In this document: in pieces, positions 34,244 to 46,700 of the stretch | How the letters are laid out: the number at the start of each line of letters is the position of its first letter | Position numbering within the stretch: position 1 is the stretch's first letter | Assembly (NCBI GenBank): GCA_964199315.1 | Contig: OZ116698.1 | Coordinates: 19,964,001-20,028,000 of the forward strand | Reading direction: 5' to 3' | Source: Orbicella franksi | Lineage: Eukaryota | DNA: 64,000 nt | Position numbers and translations under genes: made by a program | Notes under the pieces: generated by a model | Databases searched by the model: none | What the model saw: the letters and a program-made list of their open reading frames with translations, nothing else | Told to the model about the DNA's origin: nothing

Positions 34244-37200
34244 AAGTTCGGGCGGATGGGAAGACTCATACTACTTTTATTTCCAGATGGGTTATGCAAT
34301 TTTTACAAACTGAGGACGAAGCCCTCTTGAATTTGTCTTGGGCAGCAAAGCAACGACTTAAGAGCCAAGGATTGTTATCCTTAGAAGTGAGACGAGAGGA
34401 ATTTACTTCAGATCGTCGAAACTAAATGTGGCTAGGCTTGTTAACGAGAAGACCAACCAATAGCTCTTTTGGCAAGCTCTCCTTGTAAAGGGAACACTAA
34501 TTTGCAGTTTTTAATTATCATTTAAGCGTTCAACTATTTTCAGTCACTTTTGGATAAATAATTAGGCGTTAAATACTCATTCTTATTAGTTGTGTTAAGT
34601 TCTGCAGGGATTCTGCCCTGAGAGACAATTTTTCGCTTAGCGGTTCCGTTAAGAATTGTCGTGGTCGTAATGACCGCTTCGCGTCTTTGTCGACATGTTT
34701 TACTTCTCGTGACAAGTTCTTATTTAAGCTTCGGCATTCTTGTCATTATTGTTCTCATGTCGATTCAAAACTCCTTGCAGGGTTGTTGTCCTGTGATTAT
34801 TTGTTCAAGTCAGATTGTGATTCTTGGAACATCCGGTGTCAATGAGTTAGCATTTGCTTATGTACTCATTCCATTAACGCTAAGGCGCTTCCGAACTGAC
34901 CTCGCCACAGGAAATTTGTAACACGTAGAAACAACAGAAAGCCAAAAGCACCGTGCGAATTCAATTCAAGAAGAGATAGTCTAAAAAGAACAGACGAAAA
35001 CAATTGAAAGGACAAAACAGGACGACAAAGGAAAATGTGAGCACTAGATAATGTACAGTTTAATTTGACGTCGAAATAATTTGACAGTCTTTAATAGTTT
35101 CCATCGTTAGACCCCTGTGTGCACTTTACGGGCTGTAAAAGCTTTCGATTCTACAGGTCACGTCAACGATGTACTAAGAGGCATCATTTCATGCTCTCAA
35201 CAAAACAGAAAGCTATATGAGCAGAACAAGTGGTCGTTATACTCATGTCTGTAAAGCCTTCCGTCGAAGAACAGAAAGGTTTCGGCAATTAGAGAAATTT
35301 TGGCGAGAATTGTCACGACTTAAGATTTAAGATAAAAGACACTCAAACTAGCAACAATCGCCTTTCATTAGTTAATTGACTTAAGTTTTAAGAAGAAGCA
35401 AATTTTGGAGTTTAGTTGACTGGGGTCCATTCCGCGGTAGGGCTCAAACACGGGAGCTGGAAAGAGGTAGAGGGCAGATTGCATGTATAATAGGAGACAA
35501 TTTCATAACAAGCAGAATAGAGTTTGGATTGAATTTCCAAGCTTATATGTATATATTTAGGAGAGTTTCAGCAGGGTCTTAGAGCACTTTGTGCTAAACT
35601 GAGAATGGAGCGCTCGCACATGTATCTGGGTCTTGTTCCGTTAGAACGTTTAAGTATACAATTACGAATCAGACTACTACGTACATCTACGTAGTTTTAT
35701 CTTCATAATTGCGAAATAACTCGTTGACATGCAAGCACACTCTTTCAGATTAAAATCGCTTGGCCTCAAACGCCCTACAAATTGGCTACATTGATCATAA
35801 ATGCCAGTTTATTCAGTGCATTCTTCGCGTAAAATGATTTAGCATCTGGGGGGGCTCGCGTGAGAGCAAAACTATCAGGCTATGTTATTTACGCGTTTCA
35901 TGAGTGTTTCAAACGAGAATTCATTTTCAACAAAAACCTATGTAACCTCTGTTTGAGTAGGCAAAATCAGAGGCTATGCATGGTTGTAACTATTAGTGTA
36001 GCGATCACCAAATCAAACTTAACCAAGCCTTACTTACTAATCTAATTAATCAGGATAATGTCTTTAAAATGTGATGAGAGCTTTATTTTTCCTTTTCGTT
36101 TTGTTATTGCAAGGCTCGTGACATATCTGAGTGAAACCGTTTCTTTGAAAAAATAGTGAAATAAATATATGTTTATGTATTTAGCGTGAATTGACTCGCG
36201 ATTTTAACCTGATATTTTAAAAAATAAATAAAACTTTTATAACAGCTGTAAAAGATTTTAGGCAATCAGAGCTTTCCTCGACTCAAAGGTATTCTATTAG
36301 ACGCAGCCACGTCGTGTTCAAAGTCAGTCCGATGTTATCTTGAGATCTAAATGATAAGAAAAAAGGAATCTTTCCATCATCAAGTCTTAAAGAATGCAGG
36401 AGTTGTTATGGTCGTTAACAAACGAACAGCAAAATGAAGGAGATATACGGCGATTGCATTGAGAAAATTCTTCAACCTCTGCCCTTACTGAGTTATTGTT
36501 TTCAACGGATAAGAATTTAACATTTAAGTGAATCTCAATGAAATCCGATTAACGGTCAAATACGATTCCGTGCATCCGTGCATTCCTTTATTTGTGTACA
36601 TTTCTCGCAGAGGTCTTTTCATTTTGTTATTATTTCTCCATAATTGGTCTCGGTTTTGTTAATCTTAATGAAATGCTTCAAATATGATAACAAAGGCTAA
36701 ATTTGTGTCCAGCATATCTCCGCGTACTGCATCGAGTAAAAGGAAATTCGTGCTTTTTTCCAAATTACAGCAGAAAAGACCATCGCATCACATATCTTCT
36801 AGTTTTATCCTTTTCTTCCAGTCTGTAACAATAATGAAATTAATTAAGTTCCAGAAGTCCCCGTAAGTTGCTAACGCGTCCAGGGCGGAACTTTCACCAG
36901 GATGACTGACCGTCACGTCCGTGGAAACGAGGAAACGAACATTGTTTCACGTTTTCCCCCAGCCTCTCAGCCTCTCAAACACACCTTCACAATTAAGAGA
37001 CAGGATATAAAGCCACTTTAAAATGTTTAGGATGGCACGCACGGCCAGGGGCACGTAAGGGGTCTGCGCATCACGTGTTATCTTTGTAACAGCGAGGAAC
37101 AAAAGGATAGCTAATGGCAATAATCCCATCATGACCACTGGGAAATATTACTTTTTTATTGTGATTCATGTTGTTCTGTAGTTCACAGCTTAAACATTTT

Positions 37201-39480
37201 ACTGGTAGAAACCGTGGGGTTACCTAAATCTCAGGAATTTTTTACAATAACCCCGGCGTTTAACTTGGACTGAACCCAAGATAAAGACAATCTTATAGCC
37301 AATAAGGAGGCAGGAGATACAACAACTGAAATATCTTCCTCTGATAGAAAAGAAAGCGTAAAGAGTCTGTATCAGTTCTTAACCTATGTCCTTGTTGAAA
37401 TTCTTGTTGTTGTTTTTTTGTATTCTTAAGCTCAGACTAGGCTCTTCTTTACCTTTTTGCATTTCGGTTTTTTTGACCTACGTGCTGACAAAATAAATCT
37501 CCAAGTTGGCTTAGTCGATAATTTTCTATGTTACATCAAATGAGGTTAAACTGAAAGTAAAGATCGCACATGCTTATGTCCATAGGAACTAATTAAATTA
37601 ACTGAATGCAACTATCTCCATCCACACCACTCCAACAGCCACAGACACAACATGGTTGACGCCTAACTAAACACAATAAAAAGCTAAAAAGAGAGACGGC
37701 ACTTTGAAATTGCATTTAGTCACGGGATATAAATAGATGTCATCCACCACTTAAGTATTTGGAAACTATCGTGCGATCACAGAGTAAAATGCCAGCTTGC
37801 TACAAGGTGGCCTGGCCCTAAATAGCTGCGAAGGTGATCCAAGCCGAAAAACCAACAAAAAACTGACACGCGTTTTCAGTGAAGGTGGTATGATGAGGTT
37901 AATTAAAAGGTTTCGAATTGAAGAGATTCTTTCCGCTGTAATTACCATCAAATGAAATGTGAAAAGAGGCGCCTCTCCTTACAGACGATTGCTTAAAGGG
38001 GAAACTGAACGGTATAGTTTCTGTTGTCCTAAACTTGGACGATGTTGCTGCGCACATCATCGGTTAATTAAGTTGTGATAGAAGGCTATTACAGGAAGGC
38101 TACATTATTGATAACTACTCAAAACACCTTATAGTTTTAACAGGAACCTCGTGTAACTCATACCAGATGTCTGCAGCTTCAATGTTTTAGACTGATGGTC
38201 ACCATTTGAAAAAGTTCACACCCGAAAGCACTTAAGTTTACATTTAGATTTATCTCGATACTTTCAAGATGACGATATCGTGAAATCGTCGACGACTTAC
38301 ATCCTATATAAGATATTTTTCGGCAGAATGCCACATTGATAAAAAGCTGAATTTTCAGCTGTTGCGCAGACAAAATGCCATCGAATGCTCCGTCAAAACA
38401 CATTATATGTTAGTCAAACTAATTACAATTCCAGCTACCCAACAAACACCACAGTTGAACATCGTGGGAAATTTCAACCAACCTAAGGATTCATTACCAA
38501 ACGTTCAGTAAATAAAGTGTTTATTCTGGCAGGAATGTGATGAAAATTGCCCCTTTTGTAGTGTTGAAAACTAAGAGTCAAAAAGTTGCTTCTCTTTGCA
38601 AGTTCTTATAAATCATCTTTTCTGTTCTTGGGCACATCCGTTTGCACTTTGATAAACTTTAATGCCGTTACCAGCTGTTAGGGCTGATGAATCGGAGATA
38701 ATCTTATCACTAAGTGCGTTAGGCGAGGGCCCCGAAGGGGCAAAGTGTGCAACAAGGACAACACTTGCTATTTTTCCCAGAGGAGAAAAATATAATCGAT
38801 ATCATCTTTCTAGAACAAGAAGTAATCTACTGCATAAACGCGATCAACCCCAGAAGAACTAAAGAAGGTTTCAATACCAGAGCTCTTTGATGTGAAGTAA
38901 GTGGACCTAAGGTCTTGTAGGCTAGGCTCTTTGAGGCTTGGCGCATTTTTGTCTATTTTTCTAATTTTTTTTCCCAAGGTAGCACTTATGATAAACATAT
39001 AGCGTACGTAACCGCTCTTAAAACAATAAATTACAAGAAAAAGGAAAAAATAAAAAATAAAAATAAAAATTGCCCATTCAGCTCACACACCATTGGAGGG
39101 TGAAATGGAAGGTGTGGTGTGAGATCAGCTTTCGGCTGAAACTCATCGCCTTGTTGCCTTCCCATGCCATACGTCCAAACCCGATGATGGTAAAATATGA
39201 AAAATAAAATAAACAAAATGAGAGAACACATGTAAATGTGAAGTCAATAATTGCAATAAGACATTATCTTTATGCGAGCGTTCTAAAAAGTGACCGCCAT
39301 GTAAGCCTGGATTCTCGCGGTTCGAGGCTGGGTTACAACAGCCGCGGAGTTCCGCGTGCGCATCGTTCTGAATGACTAAGAATACAAAAAAAAATTGATA
39401 CGCAATAAAAGAGCATCAAACGCATCAAAAGCAATCGTCAGTAGCCTTAGACATTTATCCCTCTCGGAGAGTCACTGCTA

Positions 39481-39666
39481 TCACGGTGCCTCTCTCCACC
39501 CAGGTGTATAAATGGGTACCGACGAATTTAACGCTGGGGGTAACCCCGCGATGGACTATCATCCCATCCACGGAGGAGTGGAAATACTCCCAGTCGCACC
39601 ATGCGACATAAACTGGAGATAAGTGCTGGCCTGCTGGGCCATTTGGCTCGTATGCAAACTTTACCT
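39481..39666 (+). mobile_element. 5'-truncated copy of the same SINE
   Basis: Directly similar to the reverse complement of 12768-12950 (GTGCCTCTCTCCACCCAGGTGTATAAATGGGTACC...GGCTCGTATGCA). Confidence 0.8.
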
Positions 39667-40521
39667 CAAAGTATAGATTGTTGTTTTATCACAACAAATC
39701 GTCCCACTTTCCCGATAAGAAATCTCGTGACTGCCTTGCGTCATATGGTAAACGTCAAGAGTTCTGCATTCCTTGGCGTTTCCCTACCATGAAGAACTAC
39801 ATTTTTTATGGTTCAAAATCTAGAAGGAACTTTTTGCATCAGAACAATGGCTTGAAAAATCGTGGCATGGTTTCTTAAATGCTTTCAAAGATACGGAAGT
39901 TTGGAGATTAAACTTAGGAAAAGTTGATGAACAAGTAATTACAGCCATTCAAGTGCGCACCGAGTCAATTTCCTATCACGTCTTCAATTAACTCTCAAGC
40001 AGTTATTTTGTACTGATTGACACTATTTACTGTTTGATGATTGTATGGCGCAATAGATTCTTGATAAAGAGAGATAGGACGTTCTCAAAATCAGGTCAAC
40101 ATCTAAATACTACATTACAAAAGATTATTTGTCAGTGATCAATGAGTTGAATGTACCTGCTTACAAAGAATGTATCAAACCACTGCTGGAAGATGCCAAA
40201 TTGAAAGTTGTTATTACAACTCAGTGAAGAACAACGCGGAATGGTCGGTTGTGTCTCAGAACCTTAGGTGCTGGCCGTCGACGGTTGAAGATTAAACGTG
40301 ATAGACTATTGACCTCTTTCGAAATTTTACTTTTCGTATAGTTTTCAAAAGGATGCCAGGGAGCATTAGCAAACAATTACAATGTCCTTAGGATTTTTTT
40401 ACTTTACCAAGCTAAGTAGTTTTGTCTAAGTCCATGTTGCCTCGGTTTTGTCTAGTAACAAACAGTTTTAACTATTTTTTTCTTTTTTTGTGTGTGTCTT
40501 CAGTTAGCTTGTAAAGTCTTA

Positions 40522-40626
40522 AGCCTCACGCACGTCGCAACAGCGTGGTCAAACACGCGCAACATGTTGCGCCCAGCAATGTTGCGATATGTTGCGTCGA
40601 AATGTTGCGATCGTTTCGCCCGGACT
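40522..40626. mobile_element. Internally deleted MITE rich in CAACATGTTG/ATGTTGCG units
   Basis: TAA|GCC left end, repeated ATGTTGCG, and right end CGTTTCGCCCGGAC|TTA. Confidence 0.4.
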
Positions 40627-41578
40627 TAACATATGTAACTTCACGTCACTTCACGTCGGGCAAACGTTCAGTTAACTTCTTACGTCAAACATATGCAAAA
40701 ACAGAAAAAAATGAAAGAACTAAGCTGCAAAGTGGCATTAGACATCAAAGCAGTCAATCACTCCAGCAACCAATGTCATGAGATGAATAAGATTCTTGCC
40801 ACTCCCCCTTGATAACATGGTACTAAAGGTTACCAACAAGTTACCTCCACCCCTCACCCCCTCAATACTTTGTCTTCATTGCCTGATCGATTCGGTTCTT
40901 AAATTCCTGAATAAAGATAGGCCCTATAAGAGTGGCGCACGTCCTTCGGGGAAAGAATACATAACTAAGAAAAGAGTACACTGCCACACCCAAGATCACA
41001 ACACAATGACCCCATGTTCAAGACGTATAAGAACTTTTGGATGACTTCTAAATACCCTGATTTTCAGCCACAAGATTGCAAGCAAATAATTATGCTGAAG
41101 GCAGAGGGAAATTGTTTATCTCCGAAAATCTGAAAACCTTCGTTATTTTAAGAACCGAATCCAATGGCTGCACTATGGATTAACAAGTTAGTATGATTTT
41201 AAAAGCAAATGGAAGTCGTCCGTTTCCAAAAGATTCATCTCCAGTTGTCTGGAATAGGTAAACGTCCTCAGCAAATCCGTGAAACGCCAGGAAAAAATCG
41301 ATCCAATACTGGAGATAAGTAGCACCGAAGACTTTTTTTCTCAGAAGAAACCACATTCTCAAGACTGAAATGAAATACGTTTATGTTAACAATGCTTGCT
41401 ATTAAAACTTTGACCACTTGAACGCCACTGAAGCTATTTCTCTCTAAAAGTTTCTGTTTTAACTTACTACGACAATAGCCCTCTTTGCCGGCATCAGAAC
41501 AAAAAGCGGGCAAAAGTGGGAAAACTGGGCAGAGTGCGTGCCCTTAAGTTGTGTTCTCTTCTTGCGCTCAAGTCTTAA

Positions 41579-41799
41579 AAGAGCTACGTCACGGTTTGCG
41601 CATCTTAAAAGTTTAGCCTAAATATTTCAAGTTCGTCGTTTGCAATCCGTGTTTTAAATCTTCTCCATCCTATCCTTGTTCCTTTTTGATTTATTATTAC
41701 CTCTTTGGTGCTTTGTTACCTTAGCAAACCAATATTTTTAGGTTTCCTTCAATGTAAAGGTAATTTTGTAGGTGGCCAAAATACCGCGACTGAGCTCCT
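41579..41799. mobile_element. TTAA-flanked MITE (Kolobok-like)
   Basis: TTAA|AAGAGCTACGTCACGGT ... ACCGCGACTGAGCTCCT|TTAA, a 17-bp TIR with 4 mismatches. Confidence 0.6.
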
Positions 41800-42972
41800 T
41801 TAAGAGTGCATGTAACACTCCTGTGCTTCCTTCATTTTGTTTCTTGTCCACGTTCATCGATTAGTGGGTGAACTGGGATTTTGGATTTAATGGACAAAAA
41901 GGACGTAAATCCTTCATTCACTGAGGCTGATCTTTACGTGTCACTAGCTGGTGACCCGCCGAAGTAACATCACCTCAAAATATGCAGAAATCTTATCTTG
42001 GCTCTTCGCATTCAACGTTAACATTTCAACAGATGTGAGCGGAAAAGATTATCACATTTACAAACTAATTTAGTACACATAAAACAACCATTACCATTTC
42101 GGTAAGGCCAGATCATCTATAGCACGCCGCCATTACCCTCCATTAAACGAACAATATACGTACACACAGTTTGGCAAGTAGTTATCGTTATTTTATCAAG
42201 ATGTAAATGGCGAATTTAATAGAACTGGCAAGGAGTACTTCAGGTAAACACGGTTCCAAGCCCTGCCATGTACTATAGTTTCTTTTAGAAGCCAGCTGTA
42301 GCAAGCTAACACGCTACAAGTAGGCTAAAAACCGCGCAATTTAGCATTTTCTTGTCACGTCCAGGATAAACTCGGTCCCATTAATTCTTGTTATCCCGCT
42401 GAGCTTTTAATCTTCAATCATGCCCGCTGTAAGCTTTATTGGCATAATGTGCTTTATGACATTTCCTGCGTAATGAAATCTTATTTCAAAGATAAGCCTT
42501 TCATCAGTGATCCGCTCTTCGATCCGCTTTAAGATAGAAGCAGTCACGTAAATGTTTTAGCTTATCCTAGCCTTACTCCGACCACGTCGTCGTCGTCTTT
42601 AAATAGTAGATGCAAGTAGAAAGAGAATGTCAGGCGTTCCTAAACATGCTATGAAGAAAGTTATCATGCTGTGGATTGGAAGAAAAACAATGCGTTGTAT
42701 TACCGATTTACAATAACTGTCCCGTCGTCTTAGCTCTTAGAGACTTAAAAATCAATTTGACTCATTCTCTGCCACCTCTTACAAAGTAAAAGAGTGCTAC
42801 TGAAACAATAACGAGTGATACTGGTATAAAAGACAAACATGAACGAAAAGCGATCGAACGAACGAAAGAGCGAATGAGTAAAGGCATAGAAGGAGGGAGG
42901 GAGGGGGAGGGAGGTAGAGAGGGGAGGGAGGAAACATTGCTTTCTGCGCATGTCCCAAGACGAACCTAGAGG

Positions 42973-43729
42973 GAGGGTCTCAATGGGGTGGTGGCCTTTA
43001 CGGCTAACGGTTATCAGTATAAATCTATTTGCGCTCTATCACGAATGCCGTTCTCTGATTGGTTACACTACTCACTATCTATTCTGTGATAGATAGTGAG
43101 TAGCGTAACAGGGTACCCTTGTTAACAAAATGACGGCCGCTTCTTGGCGTGTTCGAAGGTCTGTGAAGAGGATTTAGATAAAGTTTTGAACGACTAGTGG
43201 ATTTATACTAAAACAATTAGTTTATTCGCTCTCAATTTCTATGCGTGATAGAAATCTCGAGCTCATAATCTAATTGTTAAATATTTCGAGTTTCTTTTTA
43301 CGGCTAACGGTTTATCTGTTTTCCTTACGGTAAACAGAAATCTTAAAGAATTAATTACTATTGTTTACAAAAGTTAAAAATTAATTTTCATAATTTTAAA
43401 AAACTTGTTTTTTTTTTTTTTCATTATAAAACACATTGAAACATATTTAAGATCTTAGGACCATTCCGGGATGGAAAAAGGTATTATAATACGAATTGTT
43501 GCCGAATATAAAGTCTCCCGGCTTTGCCCTGTACCAACAAAGACAATCCACAAAACAAGACACAAAAACGTCTTGACAAGGAGATCTTAAGACTGTCAAT
43601 TTCGTGGCTAAAATATTTTTTACGGTTAATATTGTTTAGGGCTAACGGTTTAAATTTTCCAATTTATACGCCGAACGGTTAAATTTTAGGCCCGTTTTAC
43701 AGCTAATAGTTAACCCTATTGAGACCCTT
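42973..43729. mobile_element. TIR element containing a nested hairpin-type element
   Basis: GAGGGTCTCAATGGGGT at 42973 and ACCCTATTGAGACCCTT ending at 43729, with internal TACGGCTAACGGTT subrepeats. It is interrupted by 43021-43283. Confidence 0.5.
43021..43283. mobile_element. Non-autonomous element with a terminal hairpin, possibly Crypton-like
   Basis: Imperfect stem 43212-43242 / 43250-43278 ending in TAATTGTTAAATA. There is a short degenerate start, aacaaaATG...GAAGAGGATTTAGATAAAGTTTTG (EEDLDKVL). The family assignment comes from recalled resemblance only. Confidence 0.45.
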
Positions 43730-46700
43730 TAGAAGTGGAGGAAAACTTTATTCTGTGCGTTCGAATAACGGCCGGGAAATTCAGCGAAGGGCCAATTATA
43801 TGCTGGTCGGTGAGGGGCGAGGGAGATGGAAGAGACTGTCTCCGGTGTCTTCTCTGCGCTCGTAACGCTAAAATGGAGGTCAAAGATTGGAAGCCACTTT
43901 AGACTTGGATACCGAGCAGACACTGGATACGAGATTACTTCCCGTGTTACAAAGGTAAGCATATCATACAGACGTCTTGGATAACTGACAAAAATCGTTA
44001 CTTACGCGCATATTGTACTTAACTGTTTTCCAATTGTCTAAGCTGAAGTAGTTTTATAAAATTCTTAACCTATTTTTCGCCTTTGGGTATATTGCAAATA
44101 TTATATTTATGAACAATAAAAAGTTTTCCACATCCCTAGTTGATCCCAGTTTCTCAAATAAATTAGCTATAATAGATCCTTTGCATAAATGGCGCCTAAA
44201 TTTGAATGACAATAGTTTATACGTCCTTAGTCTCGTACTCATGTTTCAAGACAAAGGATTTTTTTTACATGAATGTGAGGCTAAGGACGTATAAGTATTG
44301 TTATTTAAATGTGGCGCCATTTATTCAAAGGGTCTATGGCAGCGGTTAAAACATTGCGCATTTTTATGCCTTCGTTCAGTTTGTTCTAACGAGGGTATAA
44401 GGTACATACCTTACAAATTTATGTATATTTCGAGCCGCCCATCAGCTATTCTAGGTGTTGTTGTGTAAGAGACCTGGCAACTTTATCGGTATGTTTTGTT
44501 GTTTGCGTGTTGTGGACCTCTGCATTCAAGAAATTTTCAAATATGAACATTGTGTGAGCTCTGTTTCACGTTGTAAAATGCAAAGAACTGGGAAAGCGCG
44601 CAATTCACAACAACAATTTTTTGTTTTAATTTATCAAGAGGAGACTCTCAACAAGCAGCTATATTGGAGGGATTCTAGGGATATTTCCACGCACTTTACG
44701 AGAAAATGAGCCATAAAACTGTAAACTAATCATATCAATACAGCAGGCCTGCATGTTTGAAAAGGGTCGTTAAAGCGTTCACCTTGTACTTGGCATTTAA
44801 ATACTTAAAATGGTTAACCCATGAATAATACACGACTTCCCATCACTTTATTCCTGAAAGAGTAATGACACCCTCGAAGTGCTATGTAGAGACAATCAAG
44901 ACTCAAGTAGGCCACAAAATGACACGTCCAAGACCTAGCTAATGGAAGCTGTACAAAACAATTCTGGTAGCTTTTGATCAAGAAAACCGCTAGCAACATA
45001 TAGTTAATGATGTGTGTGAGAGAGAAACACAATGAAACCACTCTCAAATCATCTTTCCACAATAACAACACGCAATGTAAGGCTATAGAGGAAAACAAGT
45101 CACGAAAAAACATAATTCATTTCTACTGTGTCAGTAAGGAAAATAGCGTCTTGTGGTCAATGCTTTGAACACAATAGAAAAATTTCTTTTGTGTTTTCAC
45201 TTTAGAAAATATACACCCTCACTAACTTAAAGTAACACCCCACTTCAATGAAAGAAAAGAAATTGCGTGTTGTAGTTTGCATCAAATTTTGGCTTAATGA
45301 GCTTTAATAAGTGTATAAGTAGTAAAGCATAACTTTTGCCTAGCAACCTGAAAAGCTTCGTTTCCTTTAATCGATCACTTTCGAAGGAAGTAGACCTTAA
45401 GTGCCATCACCCACTGAGAATGGTCTCTTGTTAACCTGTGGAACTTCTTGTGTAAATTGCCTGAGAACTGCAATTAACGTAAATGACTCTATTTGAGCCA
45501 TGTCACGAAACTGCGAAAACAGTGTCGCGATTGTTCTTGTCTTTTGCCTACATCAGCAAGAAAGGACAAACTAAATACTTCCAAAATTCTTCGGTTTTCA
45601 TAGCTCTGGAATACAGGCGTTCATGGAAGACTTCTACCCGTTTCATTGCCAAAGGAAAGCCTCTTTGAAATCGTACTTGTCAAAAGAAACAAATAAGCTT
45701 TCTTTTGCCTTAAAAATAGATATTCCACGAGGTAATTAGTCTTTTCGTTCCGTGTCCTTATTCAAAATTAATGACGACAAATATCCATGCTTCATTGTGT
45801 GAAGGCCAGACTCAGAGCAGCCACCTGTGAGAGCCAGATCAAGTGTTTTGTATCTCTGGCCAATATTAATGCCATGGCATTTATTGACCTTAACAAGCAA
45901 GTTCTCCTTACTGGTTTTCCTGTATTTCTTAAAGACAAATTTGTGAAAATTTCATTCTCTATCTTTAATTCAGTCTATCAGTTATAAAATTCTCTTATTC
46001 GTATGATCTGCACAGTAGGCTTTGCCTTGATATTCTGAGAACAAATGATCATTTTTAGGGTTGAAATAGTTATTCTGCAGACAAAGGGGCAAAATAAGAG
46101 CACTTGAAAAAACTATTCTTAAACACGACATTTTATCAACTTTTGAAATACACTACATTTCTCTTCTGACAAAAATAAACTAATAAAATAGCTTTTGATT
46201 TTAAAAGTGGGCTTTTCATAGTTAAAAGGATTTCCGGTATGAAGTCCAATGATGTAGTTTGGTTTCCACTGTTAGGCAAATATGTTGCTTTTTCCTTTTA
46301 TTTCCTATAGACATAACTTTTTTAATGCAAAAAAGGGGTTAAAAGAGAACAACACTGACAATTATAAAGACAGCCAAATGTGAAAAGTTCCAGACTGCAA
46401 GCAGTTCTTTTCATGCCTGCCAGTAGGAGCATTCAGACTTCCATGTCTTATTATAAGTGGTAACACGTGTGCAAAACGTCGCCATCACGTTTTGGTTGGC
46501 AAACGCTGCTTCAGAAGTTGAAGCGTTTGTGCGAGAATCTGACGCGAAATACTTTATCCATTTTAGAAACTCGACCGCGAAACTCTTTATATATATGTTT
46601 CATGTAACGCTTACCAGAACATAAAATAACTTGCATGCGGGTAAAAAACGCAACACTCTCTGGCTTAGAGTGTATTATATGGGTTTACGGACTTTGATAC

